In this document: one piece after another, positions 63,735 to 64,000 of the stretch
How the letters are laid out: each line of letters begins with the position of its first letter
Numbering within the stretch: position 1 is the first letter of the stretch
Source of the DNA: Haliotis rufescens
Taxonomy: Eukaryota
Assembly (NCBI RefSeq): GCF_023055435.1
Contig: NW_025963780.1
Span: 10,168,001-10,232,000 of the forward strand
Direction of reading: 5' to 3'
DNA: 64,000 nucleotides
Notes under the pieces: generated by a model
Told to the model about the DNA's origin: nothing
Seen by the model: the letters and a program-made list of their open reading frames with translations, nothing else
Database searches by the model: none
Translations under genes and position numbers: made by a program

Positions 63735-64000
63735 CTGCTTTGTCATGTTATGATGCACGTCTAATTCAGCGAACCATGCAGGATATTCATGTACAGAAAC
63801 CGACTCCACGGATATGCCGTGAAACCGACTTCTGTCCAGTGCATCCCGAGAGTCGCCCAGGATGATGCCCAGATGCCGGAAGCACTCCGCGACAACAAGA
63901 CATTCGGAGGAAGTGCTTCCTTTACAGCTTGTCTTCGGTGGACTGGATGCCCCGAATTTTGAAATTGCTTCTCTGCTGATAACATAACCGGCGCTCCCTA
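63735..64000 (-). CDS. C1GALT1/T-synthase-like (GT31) penultimate coding exon, 5'-truncated by window edge
   Basis: Translates to GSAGYVISREAISKF...C...ECLVVAECFRHLGIILGDSRDALDRSRFH...YPAWF..., matching T-synthase GGAGYVLSKEAL...EDV..G.C...GDSRD..GR.RF; gtaatg donor, phase 0. Confidence 0.85.

Noticed and set aside
63761-63985. Listed 74-aa ORF MLSAEKQ...
   Set aside because: Wrong frame; the alternative minus frame encodes the C1GALT1-like exon.

Overview
Eukaryotic, AT-rich, intron- and repeat-rich DNA. The SINE families suggest a gastropod mollusc, probably abalone (inference). There is no prokaryotic content or CRISPR. (1) 975-26260 on the minus strand holds the 5' part of a large secreted SCO-spondin-like/von Willebrand D-domain gene. 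I reconstructed 32 GT-AG, phase-compatible exons (4905 nt, 1635 codons, no stop): signal peptide-EMI-EGF-TB-like-D1-D2-D'-D3 (VWD/C8/TIL/E)-4x LDLa-Thr/Pro microexon-unassigned beta-rich domain. The gene appears to continue beyond position 1. (2) About 30615-32527 on the plus strand is a probable pseudogene with C-type-lectin-like and PAN/apple-like remnants. (3) 60507-64000 on the minus strand contains the last two coding exons of a core-1 beta1,3-galactosyltransferase (T-synthase/C1GALT1, GT31) homologue that the ORF track missed. Its frame is intact, but the xED catalytic Asp and the SFH metal-binding His appear replaced, making it a candidate Cosmc-like pseudoenzyme and the most interesting item here. 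The rest is transposon-derived or tandem DNA: three decayed Tc1/mariner elements, an R4/Dong-type retroelement in a (TAA)n tract, CR1/L2-type LINEs (one split by an L1/Tx1 element with a 13-bp TSD), several tRNA-SINE families, a ~2.9-kb foldback element, hairpins, mini/microsatellites and an assembly gap (42898-43031). Domain calls come from motif recognition by eye, not database searches.
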